Program-made: the position numbers and the translations under genes
Notes under the pieces: generated by a model
Database searches by the model: none
The model's input: the letters and a program-made list of their open reading frames with translations, nothing else
Told to the model about the DNA's origin: nothing
In this document: piece after piece, positions 1 through 8,673 of the stretch
Position numbering within the stretch: the first letter of the stretch is position 1
Layout of the letters: every line of letters begins with the position of its first letter
NCBI GenBank assembly: GCA_900319795.1
Contig: ONPU01000007.1
Location: 8,763-72,762 of the forward strand
Reading direction: 5' to 3'
Source: an uncultured Eubacteriales bacterium
Lineage (GTDB): Bacteria; Bacillota; Clostridia; Lachnospirales; Lachnospiraceae
Length of the DNA: 64,000 nucleotides

Positions 1-3
1 ATT

Positions 4-2292
4 ATGGGATTGGCGTTGGACAGCAAGATACAGGAGATTGCCGGACGTATTAAGGTGCTGAGAGAGCTGGAAAACAAGACGCCGGAAGAGATGGCATATG
101 AGATCGAAGTGCCGTTGGAGGAATATCTGAACTGCGAAGCGGGCAAGCAGGACCTGAACTTCACGTTCATCTACCGCTGCGCACAGTCGCTGAAGGTTTC
201 GGTGACCGATATTCTGGAAGGCTACAGCCCGACGCTGCGTTCCTATACGATGACGCGGGCCGGCGGCGGACAGAAGATTTCGCGCGCTCACGGCATGACC
301 TATTACAACCTTGCCTACGCGTTCCAGAACAGGATCGCGGAGCCGCTTTATGTGCGCAGCATTTTTGATCCGGAAGCGCAGGACAGGCCGATTGATCTGA
401 CCAAACACGACGGGCAGGAGTGCGACATTGTCGTGGAGGGCAGCCTGAAAGTCCAGATCGGCGAGCACAGTGAGATCCTGGGCCCCGGCGACAGCATTTA
501 CTATGATTCCGGCACGCCGCACGGCATGATCGCGGTGGGCGGGCAGGACTGCATTTTCTATGCCATTGTCCTCAATCCGGCAGGTGAGCCGATTCCGGAG
601 CTGACCCAGGAGCCGATGCTCGAGGAGACTTCTCCGGCGGCGAAAACGGACGATTCCGAGCGGATCTGGCACGAATTTATCGAAGTGGAGGAAAATGACC
701 GCGGCACGCCGACGAAGATTTCCTTCAAGAAGAGTATCAGCCGCTTCAACTTCGCGTTCGATCTTGTGGACGCCGTGGCGAGGAGAGAGCCGGAGAAGCT
801 GGCGATGCTCCACATTTCCAAAGACGGGACCGAAAAGAGGATTACGTTTGAAGATATGCGGAAGGAATCGGCCCGCTGCGCGAATTATTTCAAGGCGCTC
901 GGCATCAAGAAGGGCGACCGCGTCATGCTGATTCTGAAGAGACACTATCAGTTCTGGTACGCGATTGTCGGTCTTCACAAGATCGGCGCCATCGCGATTC
1001 CGGCTACGAACCAGCTGCTTGAGCATGACCTGGAATACCGCTTCCGCGCGGCCGGCGTGACCTCGATTATCTGTACACCGGACGGCGATACAGCTCACCA
1101 GGTGGAACTGGCTCAGGAAAAATACGGCGGCCTTCAGAATATGATGATCGTCAACGGGTCCCGGCCGGGCTGGAGATCATTTGACGAAGAATATCAGATG
1201 TACAGCTCCCGCTTCCGCAGGACGGGGACCTCTCCGTGCGGCGACGATCTGATGCTGATGTATTTCACATCGGGAACGTCGGGCTATCCGAAGATCGCGA
1301 CGCACAGCTACAAGCTGCCGCTGGGACATTTCCATACCGCGAAATACTGGCAGACGGTGGATCCGGACGGGCTTCATTTTACAATATCCGATACCGGATG
1401 GGCCAAGGCAGCCTGGGGCAAGATCTACGGTCAGTGGATGTGCGAGGGCGCGATCTTCGTGTACGACTTCGACCGCTTCGACGCGTCGAAAATTCTTCCG
1501 ATGTTCGCGAAATATCACATCACCACCTTCTGCGCGCCGCCGACGATGCTGAGACTGATGATCAAGCAGGACATCAGCCAGTACGATTTCTCGTCCGTGA
1601 AACATATGACGACCGCGGGCGAAGCGCTGAACCCGGAAGTATACCGCCAGTTCGAGAAGGCGACCGGCCTTCGGATTATGGAAGGTTTCGGACAGACCGA
1701 AACGGCCGTCATCATCGCGAATATGGTTGGCGCGCCGCACAAGATCGGCTCCATGGGACGGCCGGTGCCGACCTACCACGTCGAACTTCTCGGCGAGGAC
1801 GGAAAGCCCGTCAAGTCCGGTGAGGAAGGCGAGATCTGCATTGACATTTCCCAGGGACTGCCCTGCGGGATCGCGGTCATGTACTACAGAAATGAAGAGG
1901 AAACGAAGGCGACCTGGAAAGACGGCTGGTACCACACCGGCGACCTCGCCTGGCGTGATGAGGACGGGTTCTACTGGTATGTCGGCCGCAAGGACGACGT
2001 CATCAAGTCCTCCGGCTACCGGATCGGGCCGTTCGAGATCGAAAGCGTGCTCATGGAACTTCCGTACGTGCTGGAATGCGGCGTGAGTCCGGCGAAGGAT
2101 CCGGTCCGCGGATTCGTCGTGAAGGCGAGCATCGTGCTTGTCCCGGGGGTGGAAGGAAACGACGCGTTGGTCAAGGAAATCCAGGAGTATGTGAAGAAGC
2201 ACACCGCGCCGTATAAATATCCACGAATAGTCGAGTTCAGGGACGAACTGCCGAAAACGACAAGTGGGAAGATTATCCGGCATATGCTATAA
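4..2292 (+). CDS. XRE HTH-cupin domain fused to AMP-forming acyl-CoA synthetase
   Basis: N-terminal HTH (RIKVLRELENKTPEEMA) and cupin (HDGQE..VVEG, GDSIYYDSGTPHGM), then ANL motifs YFTSGTSGYPK, EGFGQTE, YHTGD, GRKDDVIKSSGYRIGP, LPKTTSGK. Confidence 0.9.
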   Translation: MGLALDSKIQEIAGRIKVLRELENKTPEEMAYEIEVPLEEYLNCEAGKQDLNFTFIYRCAQSLKVSVTDILEGYSPTLRSYTMTRAGGGQKISRAHGMTYYNLAYAFQNRIAEPLYVRSIFDPEAQDRPIDLTKHDGQECDIVVEGSLKVQIGEHSEILGPGDSIYYDSGTPHGMIAVGGQDCIFYAIVLNPAGEPIPELTQEPMLEETSPAAKTDDSERIWHEFIEVEENDRGTPTKISFKKSISRFNFAFDLVDAVARREPEKLAMLHISKDGTEKRITFEDMRKESARCANYFKALGIKKGDRVMLILKRHYQFWYAIVGLHKIGAIAIPATNQLLEHDLEYRFRAAGVTSIICTPDGDTAHQVELAQEKYGGLQNMMIVNGSRPGWRSFDEEYQMYSSRFRRTGTSPCGDDLMLMYFTSGTSGYPKIATHSYKLPLGHFHTAKYWQTVDPDGLHFTISDTGWAKAAWGKIYGQWMCEGAIFVYDFDRFDASKILPMFAKYHITTFCAPPTMLRLMIKQDISQYDFSSVKHMTTAGEALNPEVYRQFEKATGLRIMEGFGQTETAVIIANMVGAPHKIGSMGRPVPTYHVELLGEDGKPVKSGEEGEICIDISQGLPCGIAVMYYRNEEETKATWKDGWYHTGDLAWRDEDGFYWYVGRKDDVIKSSGYRIGPFEIESVLMELPYVLECGVSPAKDPVRGFVVKASIVLVPGVEGNDALVKEIQEYVKKHTAPYKYPRIVEFRDELPKTTSGKIIRHML

Positions 2293-2307
2293 TGATAGGA
2301 TTGACGA

Positions 2308-2973
2308 ATGGACTATAAGAGAATTACACTGCTTTGCGGGCACTACGGCAGCGGCAAGACGAACATCGCCGTGAACATGGCCATGGATCTGAGAAAGCAA
2401 TACGAGCGCGTCGCGGTCGCGGATCTGGATATCGTGAATCCGTATTTCCGGACGCTCGACAGCCGTGACGATTTCGAGCACGCGGGGATCCGGCTGATCG
2501 TGTCGGCTTACGCGAATTCGAACGTGGATATTCCGGCGCTGCCGCAGGACATGTACGCGCTGACGGACGATCCGGCGCTCCACGCGGTAGTGGACGTCGG
2601 CGGCGATGACCGCGGGGCCTATGCCCTGGGACGGCTTTCGCCCGCGATCCGCGCGGAGAACAATTACGACATGTTCCTCGTGATCAACAAATACCGTCCG
2701 CTGACGCCGGACGCGGAATCGACGCTCGAGATCATGCACGAGATCGAAAGCGCGGCATCGCTTCCGTTCACCGGAATTATCAACAACTCAAACCTCGCCG
2801 TGGAGACAACCCCTGAAACCGTACTGAACTCCGTCTCCTACGCGGAGGAAGTCTCACGCCTTTCCGGCCTGCCGCTCGTCCTTACGAGCGCGGAGGCATC
2901 CGTCGCGGAGGGCCTTTACGGGAAAATCGACAACGTTTTTCCGATGCACCTGCAGAAACGGCCGGTCGAATAA
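2308..2973 (+). CDS. P-loop ATP-binding protein (ParA/CobQ-like), typical neighbour of vor operons
   Basis: GHYGSGKT Walker A, DLDIVNPYFR, DVGGDDRGA. Confidence 0.8.
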   Translation: MDYKRITLLCGHYGSGKTNIAVNMAMDLRKQYERVAVADLDIVNPYFRTLDSRDDFEHAGIRLIVSAYANSNVDIPALPQDMYALTDDPALHAVVDVGGDDRGAYALGRLSPAIRAENNYDMFLVINKYRPLTPDAESTLEIMHEIESAASLPFTGIINNSNLAVETTPETVLNSVSYAEEVSRLSGLPLVLTSAEASVAEGLYGKIDNVFPMHLQKRPVE

Positions 2974-3001
2974 GACAGTGGGGACAGTCCCCGGTGTCTT
3001 A
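2971..3001. repeat. 31-bp palindromic element, family A
   Basis: TAAGACA-GTG-GGGAC-A-GTCCC-CGG-TGTCTTA; its first 3 nt are the upstream gene's TAA stop. Confidence 0.9.
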
Positions 3002-3032
3002 TCCGGAGCCAGTAAAAATAGAGGAGGTTATT

Positions 3033-3239
3033 ATGGCAAAATTGACGTTCCGAACCGATGAATGCAAGGGCTGCGGACTCTGCATTGCGGTCTGCCCGAA
3101 GAAGATTCTTCAGATCTCCAAGGACAGAATCAACAAGAAGGGTCATCATCCCGCGGAATGCATCGACGAGGGCGCATGTATCGCATGCGCATCCTGCGCG
3201 ACGATGTGTCCGGACTGCATAATCAAAATCGAAAAGTGA
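3033..3239 (+). CDS. 4Fe-4S dicluster ferredoxin (delta subunit of 2-oxoacid:ferredoxin oxidoreductase)
   Basis: CKGCGLCIAVCP and CIACASCATMCP; RBS GAGGAGG before ATG 3033. Confidence 0.9.
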   Translation: MAKLTFRTDECKGCGLCIAVCPKKILQISKDRINKKGHHPAECIDEGACIACASCATMCPDCIIKIEK

Positions 3240-3240
3240 G

Positions 3241-4314
3241 GTGAGCAAGGTGGCAGAAAAGGTATTAATGAAGGGAAATGAAGCGATCGCGGAAGCCGCG
3301 ATCATCGCGGGCTGCCGTCACTATTTCGGCTACCCGATCACGCCGCAGACCGAAATTGCGGCTTACATGGCCAAGAGAATGCCGAAAATCGGAGGCGTCT
3401 TCCTTCAGGCGGAGAGCGAAATTGCCGCGATCAATATGGTCTACGGCACCTCTTCGGCAGGAAAGCGCGTCATGACTTCTTCTTCGAGCCCGGGAATCTC
3501 GCTGAAGAGCGAAGGCATTTCCTATCTCGCGGGCGCGGATCTTCCGGCTCTGGTCGTCAACTGCCAGAGAGGCGGCCCTGGTCTTGGCGGAATCCAGCCG
3601 AGTCAGTCGGATTATTTCCAGGCAACACGCGGCGGCGGGCACGGCGACTATCACATGATCGTCCTCGCTCCGGCATCCGTTCAGGAAATGGCACAGCTGA
3701 CAATCCGCGGTTTTGAACTGGCGGACGAATACAGAATGACTGCGATGATTCTCGCGGACGGCACCATCGGCCAGATGATGGAGCCCGTGTCCTTTGACTT
3801 CGACATCCTTCCGCAGCCTGAGAAACCGTGGGCGGCGACAGGAACCCAGATGAAGAGAACACACAATATCATCAACTCGCTCTATCTTTCTCCGGAAGTT
3901 CTGGAGCAGAAAAATATCGAGCGCTTTGAGAAATATGACGCGATCTGCGAAAAAGAAGCCCTTGCCGAAGAATATCTGACGGATGACGCGGAAATCGTCA
4001 TCGCGGCATTTGGCATCGCTGCCCGCGTAGCGAAAAATGCCGTCAACGCGGCGAGAGCCGAAGGAATCAAGGCGGGTCTTATCCGTCCGATTACGCTGTG
4101 GCCGTTCCCGGTGAAGACATTTGCCAAAACGATCGGAAAAGCGAAGGAGATCATCAGCGTGGAGCTTTCCATGGGACAGATGATCGAGGATGTGAGACTT
4201 GCAACCGAATGCAAAGTTCCGGTTTCCCTGACGAAGAGAGTCGGCGGAATGATTCCGTCTCCGGAAGAAGTTTATGCCGCGATCAAGGCCGCGGCGGAAA
4301 GGGCAGGTGAATGA
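3241..4314 (+). CDS. vorB: 3-methyl-2-oxobutanoate (2-oxoacid):ferredoxin oxidoreductase alpha subunit
   Basis: MKGNEAIAEAAI..GYPITPQTE, QAESE, RGGPGLGGIQPSQSDY. Confidence 0.85.
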   Translation: MSKVAEKVLMKGNEAIAEAAIIAGCRHYFGYPITPQTEIAAYMAKRMPKIGGVFLQAESEIAAINMVYGTSSAGKRVMTSSSSPGISLKSEGISYLAGADLPALVVNCQRGGPGLGGIQPSQSDYFQATRGGGHGDYHMIVLAPASVQEMAQLTIRGFELADEYRMTAMILADGTIGQMMEPVSFDFDILPQPEKPWAATGTQMKRTHNIINSLYLSPEVLEQKNIERFEKYDAICEKEALAEEYLTDDAEIVIAAFGIAARVAKNAVNAARAEGIKAGLIRPITLWPFPVKTFAKTIGKAKEIISVELSMGQMIEDVRLATECKVPVSLTKRVGGMIPSPEEVYAAIKAAAERAGE

Positions 4315-4315
4315 G

Positions 4316-5083
4316 ATGGTAGTATTTGACAGACCCCATGCACTTTGCGATATTCCTTTACATTACTGCCCGGGCTGCACGCACGGGATCGTACACAGGC
4401 TCGTAGCCGAGACGATTGACGAACTCGGCATCGAAGGCAGAACCGTCGGCATCGCGCCGGTCGGCTGCTCCGTTATGGCGTATGACTATTTCAACTGTGA
4501 CATGATCGAAGCCGCTCACGGACGCGCTCCGGCTGTTGCGACCGGCGTGAAGAGAGCGGATCCGGACAACCTGGTCGTCTTTTCCTATCAGGGCGACGGC
4601 GACCTCGCTTCGATCGGTACCGCCGAGACCGTCCATGCGGCTGCGAGAAATGAGAATATCACAATCATTTTCATCAACAACGCGATTTACGGCATGACCG
4701 GCGGCCAGATGGCACCGACTTCCCTTCCGGGACAGGTGACCCAGACCTCCCCGTACGGCCGTGACGTCAAGGCCTGCGGTTATCCGGTTAAGATCTGCGA
4801 AATGCTGTCCATGCTGGACGGCCCGGAATATCTTGAGCGCGTAGCCGTCAATAACGTGAAAAATGTTCGCGCGGCGAAGAAGGCGATCAAGAAGGCATTT
4901 ACAAACCAGATTGAAGGAAAGGGATTCTCGCTCATCGAAGTCATTTCCAGCTGCCCGACCAACTGGGGCATGACTCCGTCCGACGCCCTCAAATGGGTCG
5001 ACGAGAAGATGATCCCGTACTATCCGCTCGGCGTCTACAAAGACCGCTCCGCGGGCATCATTCCGGGAAAGGAGGAAGCGTGA
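4316..5083 (+). CDS. 2-oxoacid:ferredoxin oxidoreductase beta (TPP-binding) subunit
   Basis: HYCPGCTHG, YQGDGD, NNAIYGMTGGQ; start moved to MVVFDRP. Confidence 0.9.
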   Translation: MVVFDRPHALCDIPLHYCPGCTHGIVHRLVAETIDELGIEGRTVGIAPVGCSVMAYDYFNCDMIEAAHGRAPAVATGVKRADPDNLVVFSYQGDGDLASIGTAETVHAAARNENITIIFINNAIYGMTGGQMAPTSLPGQVTQTSPYGRDVKACGYPVKICEMLSMLDGPEYLERVAVNNVKNVRAAKKAIKKAFTNQIEGKGFSLIEVISSCPTNWGMTPSDALKWVDEKMIPYYPLGVYKDRSAGIIPGKEEA

Positions 5084-5616
5084 TGACCAGAGAATATCTT
5101 TTTGCAGGATTCGGCGGGCAGGGGCTTCTGTTCTCCGGAAAGGTTCTGGCTTACAAAGGTCTTATCGAGGATAAAAATGTCAGCTGGCTTCCGTCCTACG
5201 GTCCGGAAATGCGCGGCGGCACTGCGAACTGCAGCGTCATCATTTCCGATGAACCGGTCGGCGCGCCGATCATTTCCTACCCGGACGTGCTGGTCGCGAT
5301 GAACCTGCCTTCACTCGACAAGTTCGAGGACAAGGTCAAAGCCGGCGGCACGATCTTCGTCGACAGTTCGCTCATCGAGCGGAAAGTGACGCGCGACGAC
5401 GTCAACGTCTACTACGTTCCGGCTACAAAGATGGCCGGCGAGATCGAGGCTCCGACGCTCGCGAACATGATCCTCATGGGCAAGCTCCTTCAGGTGTTCG
5501 GCGAGTACAGTGAGGAAGAAGTCCGCAAGGCTCTCGGCAAGTGCGTATCCGCAAGACACGCGGACCTGCTTGAACTGAACCTGAAAGCGATGGAGCTCGG
5601 CAGAGATTTTCAGTGA
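5083..5616 (+). CDS. 2-oxoacid:ferredoxin oxidoreductase gamma subunit
   Basis: AGFGGQG, SYGPEMRGGTANC; TGATG overlap with the beta subunit gene. Confidence 0.9.
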   Translation: MTREYLFAGFGGQGLLFSGKVLAYKGLIEDKNVSWLPSYGPEMRGGTANCSVIISDEPVGAPIISYPDVLVAMNLPSLDKFEDKVKAGGTIFVDSSLIERKVTRDDVNVYYVPATKMAGEIEAPTLANMILMGKLLQVFGEYSEEEVRKALGKCVSARHADLLELNLKAMELGRDFQ

Positions 5617-5623
5617 TATGAGA

Positions 5624-5692
5624 TAAGACAGTGGGGACAGTCCCCGGTGTCTTATGACGAAAGTGCCAGTGGGGCCGGGCCCCTCTGGCACG
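5624..5692. repeat. family A element (5624-5654) followed by a third-variant 31-bp hairpin (5662-5692)
   Basis: TAAGACAGTGGGGACAGTCCCCGGTGTCTTA, then AGTGCCA-GTG-GGGCC-G-GGCCC-CTC-TGGCACG. Confidence 0.85.
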
Positions 5693-5705
5693 CTTTGGTA
5701 TTATT

Positions 5706-7091
5706 ATGCGGGATTGGATAAAAATCTTACTGCGCCAGGCAGGTGTTTTCGCAGGGACATTCGTCCTTCTCCTTTTGCTGCTCCTTGGCGCCGCGCTGAT
5801 TCCGAAAAGCGCCAGCCGAAGCAATATGGAAAAGTCCTCGGAGCTGCTTTGCGAAAACATTGTTTTCTATAATCTTCAGGAAAATATCAACGGCAGCAAG
5901 ATCGACCGCTATGCCGACTCCATCCTCCTTTCGATTGCCTATCAGATGAGCGGCGGCAATCCTCTCCGGAAGGCGATGGAGGCATCTTATTACTATTCCC
6001 CCTATAAAAACGAAAACGACAATTTCAGAGAATCCCTGATGATGGACTACGAGCCGAATCAGCAGTACATCCGCTACTGGCACGGGTCGGTTATTTTCGT
6101 GAAGCTGTTCCATCTTTTCGGGAGCCTTAAAGCCATGTACATATGCAACGCAATTCTCATGGCGGTGCTTTTTTGCGTGCTGGAGTGGATGCTGCTTCGC
6201 GGGGTGCGCCAGAGGGGTCAGGTGCACCAAAGGGGTCAGGCGCACCAAAGGGGTCAGGCACCTGTGGTGCAGAAGTACCTGATTGCGGCTTCGCTCGCGG
6301 TTGCTCTTATTGCCGTGAGTGTCTGGTTTGTACCGTATTCTCTCGAATATACCTGGACATTCCTCGTGATGTTCGCGGTGAGCATCATCGGGATCCTTTT
6401 TGTCCGGAAGGGGCATGAAAACCGCCTTTTTTCGCTCTTTTTGATCAGCGGAATGGTGACGTCCTTCCTGGATTTCCTGACGACGGAGACGCTGACGCTT
6501 CTCGTTCCGCTGCTGCTTGTTTCGGCATGCCGGGAGAGTGAGGATGACGACGACAAATCGGGTCGTTTGTGCACCAAAGGTGCCAGACCCCTGTGGTGCA
6601 TTTGCACCAAAGGTGCCAGACCCCTGTGGTGCAGCCTGCTCTGGGCGGTCGGGTATGTCGGCATGTGGGTGATGAAATGGGTGCTCGCGTCCGTTGTACT
6701 TCGCGAGAATGTCATGCAGTATGTGAGCGGCCATGTGAGCGAGCGGATCGGTGATACGGAGGAGTTTACGCTGCTGGAATATATGCGCAATGCCGTGGGA
6801 CGCAATGTCAGCTGTCTGTTCCCGGCGGAGTATGGGCCGGCGGGGAAAGTGATTCCGCTTGTGGTGCTGTTTATACTGGTCGCATCTGTGGTTGTGTTCC
6901 GCCGCAAAAAGATCGATTTCGGGAGAATTGCGCTCTACGCCGCGATCGGCCTTGTGCCGTACGTGCGGTACATCATGCTGAGAAATCACTCCTATTTGCA
7001 CTTTTTCTTCACTTACAGGGCGCAGGCGGCGACGGTTTTGGCACTTTTCATGATTTTATGGGAAATCATTGAGCTGCGCAGGACGGAGTGA
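5706..7091 (+). CDS. multi-pass membrane protein (YxRYWHG motif; possibly GT-C-like) with two in-frame repeat insertions
   Basis: Many hydrophobic segments; YIRYWHG, DFLTTE and NHSYLHFFFTYR motifs; function is inference. Confidence 0.75.
   Translation: MRDWIKILLRQAGVFAGTFVLLLLLLLGAALIPKSASRSNMEKSSELLCENIVFYNLQENINGSKIDRYADSILLSIAYQMSGGNPLRKAMEASYYYSPYKNENDNFRESLMMDYEPNQQYIRYWHGSVIFVKLFHLFGSLKAMYICNAILMAVLFCVLEWMLLRGVRQRGQVHQRGQAHQRGQAPVVQKYLIAASLAVALIAVSVWFVPYSLEYTWTFLVMFAVSIIGILFVRKGHENRLFSLFLISGMVTSFLDFLTTETLTLLVPLLLVSACRESEDDDDKSGRLCTKGARPLWCICTKGARPLWCSLLWAVGYVGMWVMKWVLASVVLRENVMQYVSGHVSERIGDTEEFTLLEYMRNAVGRNVSCLFPAEYGPAGKVIPLVVLFILVASVVVFRRKKIDFGRIALYAAIGLVPYVRYIMLRNHSYLHFFFTYRAQAATVLALFMILWEIIELRRTE
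6205..6271. repeat. family B element preceded by two 18-bp partial copies, inside a CDS
   Basis: (TGCACCAAAGGGGTCAGG)-like unit x2, then full CGCACCA-AAG-GGGTC-A-GGCAC-CTG-TGGTGCA. Confidence 0.85.
6570..6633. repeat. two tandem family B 31-bp elements (33-bp period), inside a CDS
   Basis: TGCACCAAAGGTGCCAGACCCCTGTGGTGCA x2, separated by TT. Confidence 0.9.
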
Positions 7092-7148
7092 GACATTAGG
7101 TGTATATTGTGAGGGGGGAGCAGCTCCGGTTGAAGGGAGGAATTATTG

Positions 7149-7415
7149 ATGAGTGACGAAAATAAATTGACTGAGGAACAGCTGGCAGAGGCATTTGAGA
7201 AAGAGGCGGAAAAAGTACCCCAGGAGCAGAGCATCTTCAAGGATGCCAACGGCGGATTCAACTGGGGCCTCCTGGCAGTGATTCTCGCTGTCGCGATGTT
7301 CATTGTGGCGGTCGTCTGGCTCATGGCCAAGGCGATCAAAGTATTCGGCTCGGCGCTTCTCATCATTCTCGCGCTGGGCGTGATTGTGTATACTGTTTTC
7401 CATATTCGGGAATAA
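7149..7415 (+). CDS. small membrane protein (2 TM), hypothetical
   Basis: RBS GGAGG; acidic N-terminus followed by two hydrophobic helices. Confidence 0.7.
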   Translation: MSDENKLTEEQLAEAFEKEAEKVPQEQSIFKDANGGFNWGLLAVILAVAMFIVAVVWLMAKAIKVFGSALLIILALGVIVYTVFHIRE

Positions 7416-7471
7416 ATTGCCCGAGCCCGTCATTTTACCGCAGCAAGCCATTTTACGGAGGAACCTGAAAA

Positions 7472-8656
7472 ATGCTCGACGCAAGCGCTGTTTCAACCGG
7501 AAAAATCTATTACGACGACGCGTACTGCGCGGAATTCGAAGCGACCGTGGTCTCATTTGAGGGAAATGCCCTCGTGCTGGACCGCACCGCATTTTTCCCG
7601 GAGGAGGGCGGCCAGAGCTGTGACCTCGGGGAAATTGACGGCATTCGCGTAAAAGACGTGCAGATCCGGGACGGGCAGATCGTCCATTTTCTGGAAGATG
7701 AGGGAACTATCACCCCCGGCCAGACCGTCCGCGGCAAGATCGACTGGGCAAGGCGCTACGACCTGATGCAGCAGCATTCCGGGGAGCACCTTCTTTCAGG
7801 GTACGTTCACAGAACATACGGCTTTGAAAATGTCGGCTTTCACCTGACCCCCGAGGAAGTCACACTGGACTTCGACAGACCGGTTCCGACGGAGGACCTT
7901 CCCGCGGTCGAAGAAGCCGTCAACCGTCTCATAAGGAGCAATATCGCGTCGAAGACCGTATTTCTTTCTCCCAAGGGGCAGCAAGCGTCCGAAGAAAATC
8001 CGGAGATCACCGACTACCGCAGCAAGATCGACCTCGAAGGCGAGGTCAGGGTTGTTGTCTACCCGGGCGCGGATGCCTGCGCCTGCTGCGCGCCCCACGT
8101 GCGGCTGACCGGCGAGATCGGCTCCCTGAAAATCGTGAGCATGATTAACTGGAAAGGCGGCGTGCGTCTGACGATCGCCTGCGGCGCGCGTGCGACGGCA
8201 CTTTTTACGCGTGAGCATGATCTGTTGACCGGCACATCGCGCTTCCTTACGACGTCTCCGGAAGAAGTCCTGCCGCAGGTCATGAAAATGAAAGACCAGC
8301 TCCGCGCCATGTCCGCGAAGCTGAAGGAGCAGGAGACGGCCCTCATTTTTCATGAGCTGGAAGAGGCCGGTTCAGAAAATGAAGGACGCGGCATTTTCGG
8401 AGAAAATGAGGAAATGGCAGGGCAGTGCGCAGTCATTTTCAAAGAGGAAGCGGATATGGACGCGGTCCTCAAAGCGGCGGACGGCTTCGCGAAGAAATTC
8501 AACCGGAACGCTGCCGTTATCACCGGAACCGGCGAAGAGAAGAACTTCCTCATCGCGGGCCCGGCGGCGCAGGACCTCCTGAAGAAATTGAAAGAACATT
8601 ATCCGGTCAAGGGCGGCGGCCGCGGAGAAATGGTCCGCGGACGGGTCCGCATGTGA
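7472..8656 (+). CDS. AlaX-like alanyl-tRNA editing protein
   Basis: RTAFFPEEGGQ, MQQHSGEHLLS, CACCAPHV, C-terminal KGGG. Confidence 0.85.
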   Translation: MLDASAVSTGKIYYDDAYCAEFEATVVSFEGNALVLDRTAFFPEEGGQSCDLGEIDGIRVKDVQIRDGQIVHFLEDEGTITPGQTVRGKIDWARRYDLMQQHSGEHLLSGYVHRTYGFENVGFHLTPEEVTLDFDRPVPTEDLPAVEEAVNRLIRSNIASKTVFLSPKGQQASEENPEITDYRSKIDLEGEVRVVVYPGADACACCAPHVRLTGEIGSLKIVSMINWKGGVRLTIACGARATALFTREHDLLTGTSRFLTTSPEEVLPQVMKMKDQLRAMSAKLKEQETALIFHELEEAGSENEGRGIFGENEEMAGQCAVIFKEEADMDAVLKAADGFAKKFNRNAAVITGTGEEKNFLIAGPAAQDLLKKLKEHYPVKGGGRGEMVRGRVRM

Positions 8657-8673
8657 CACCGTGGAGATATTAT

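Noticed and set aside
8425-8673. N-terminal extension of fbp in the ORF track
   Set aside because: It overlaps alaX; homology and the RBS indicate the start at 8674.
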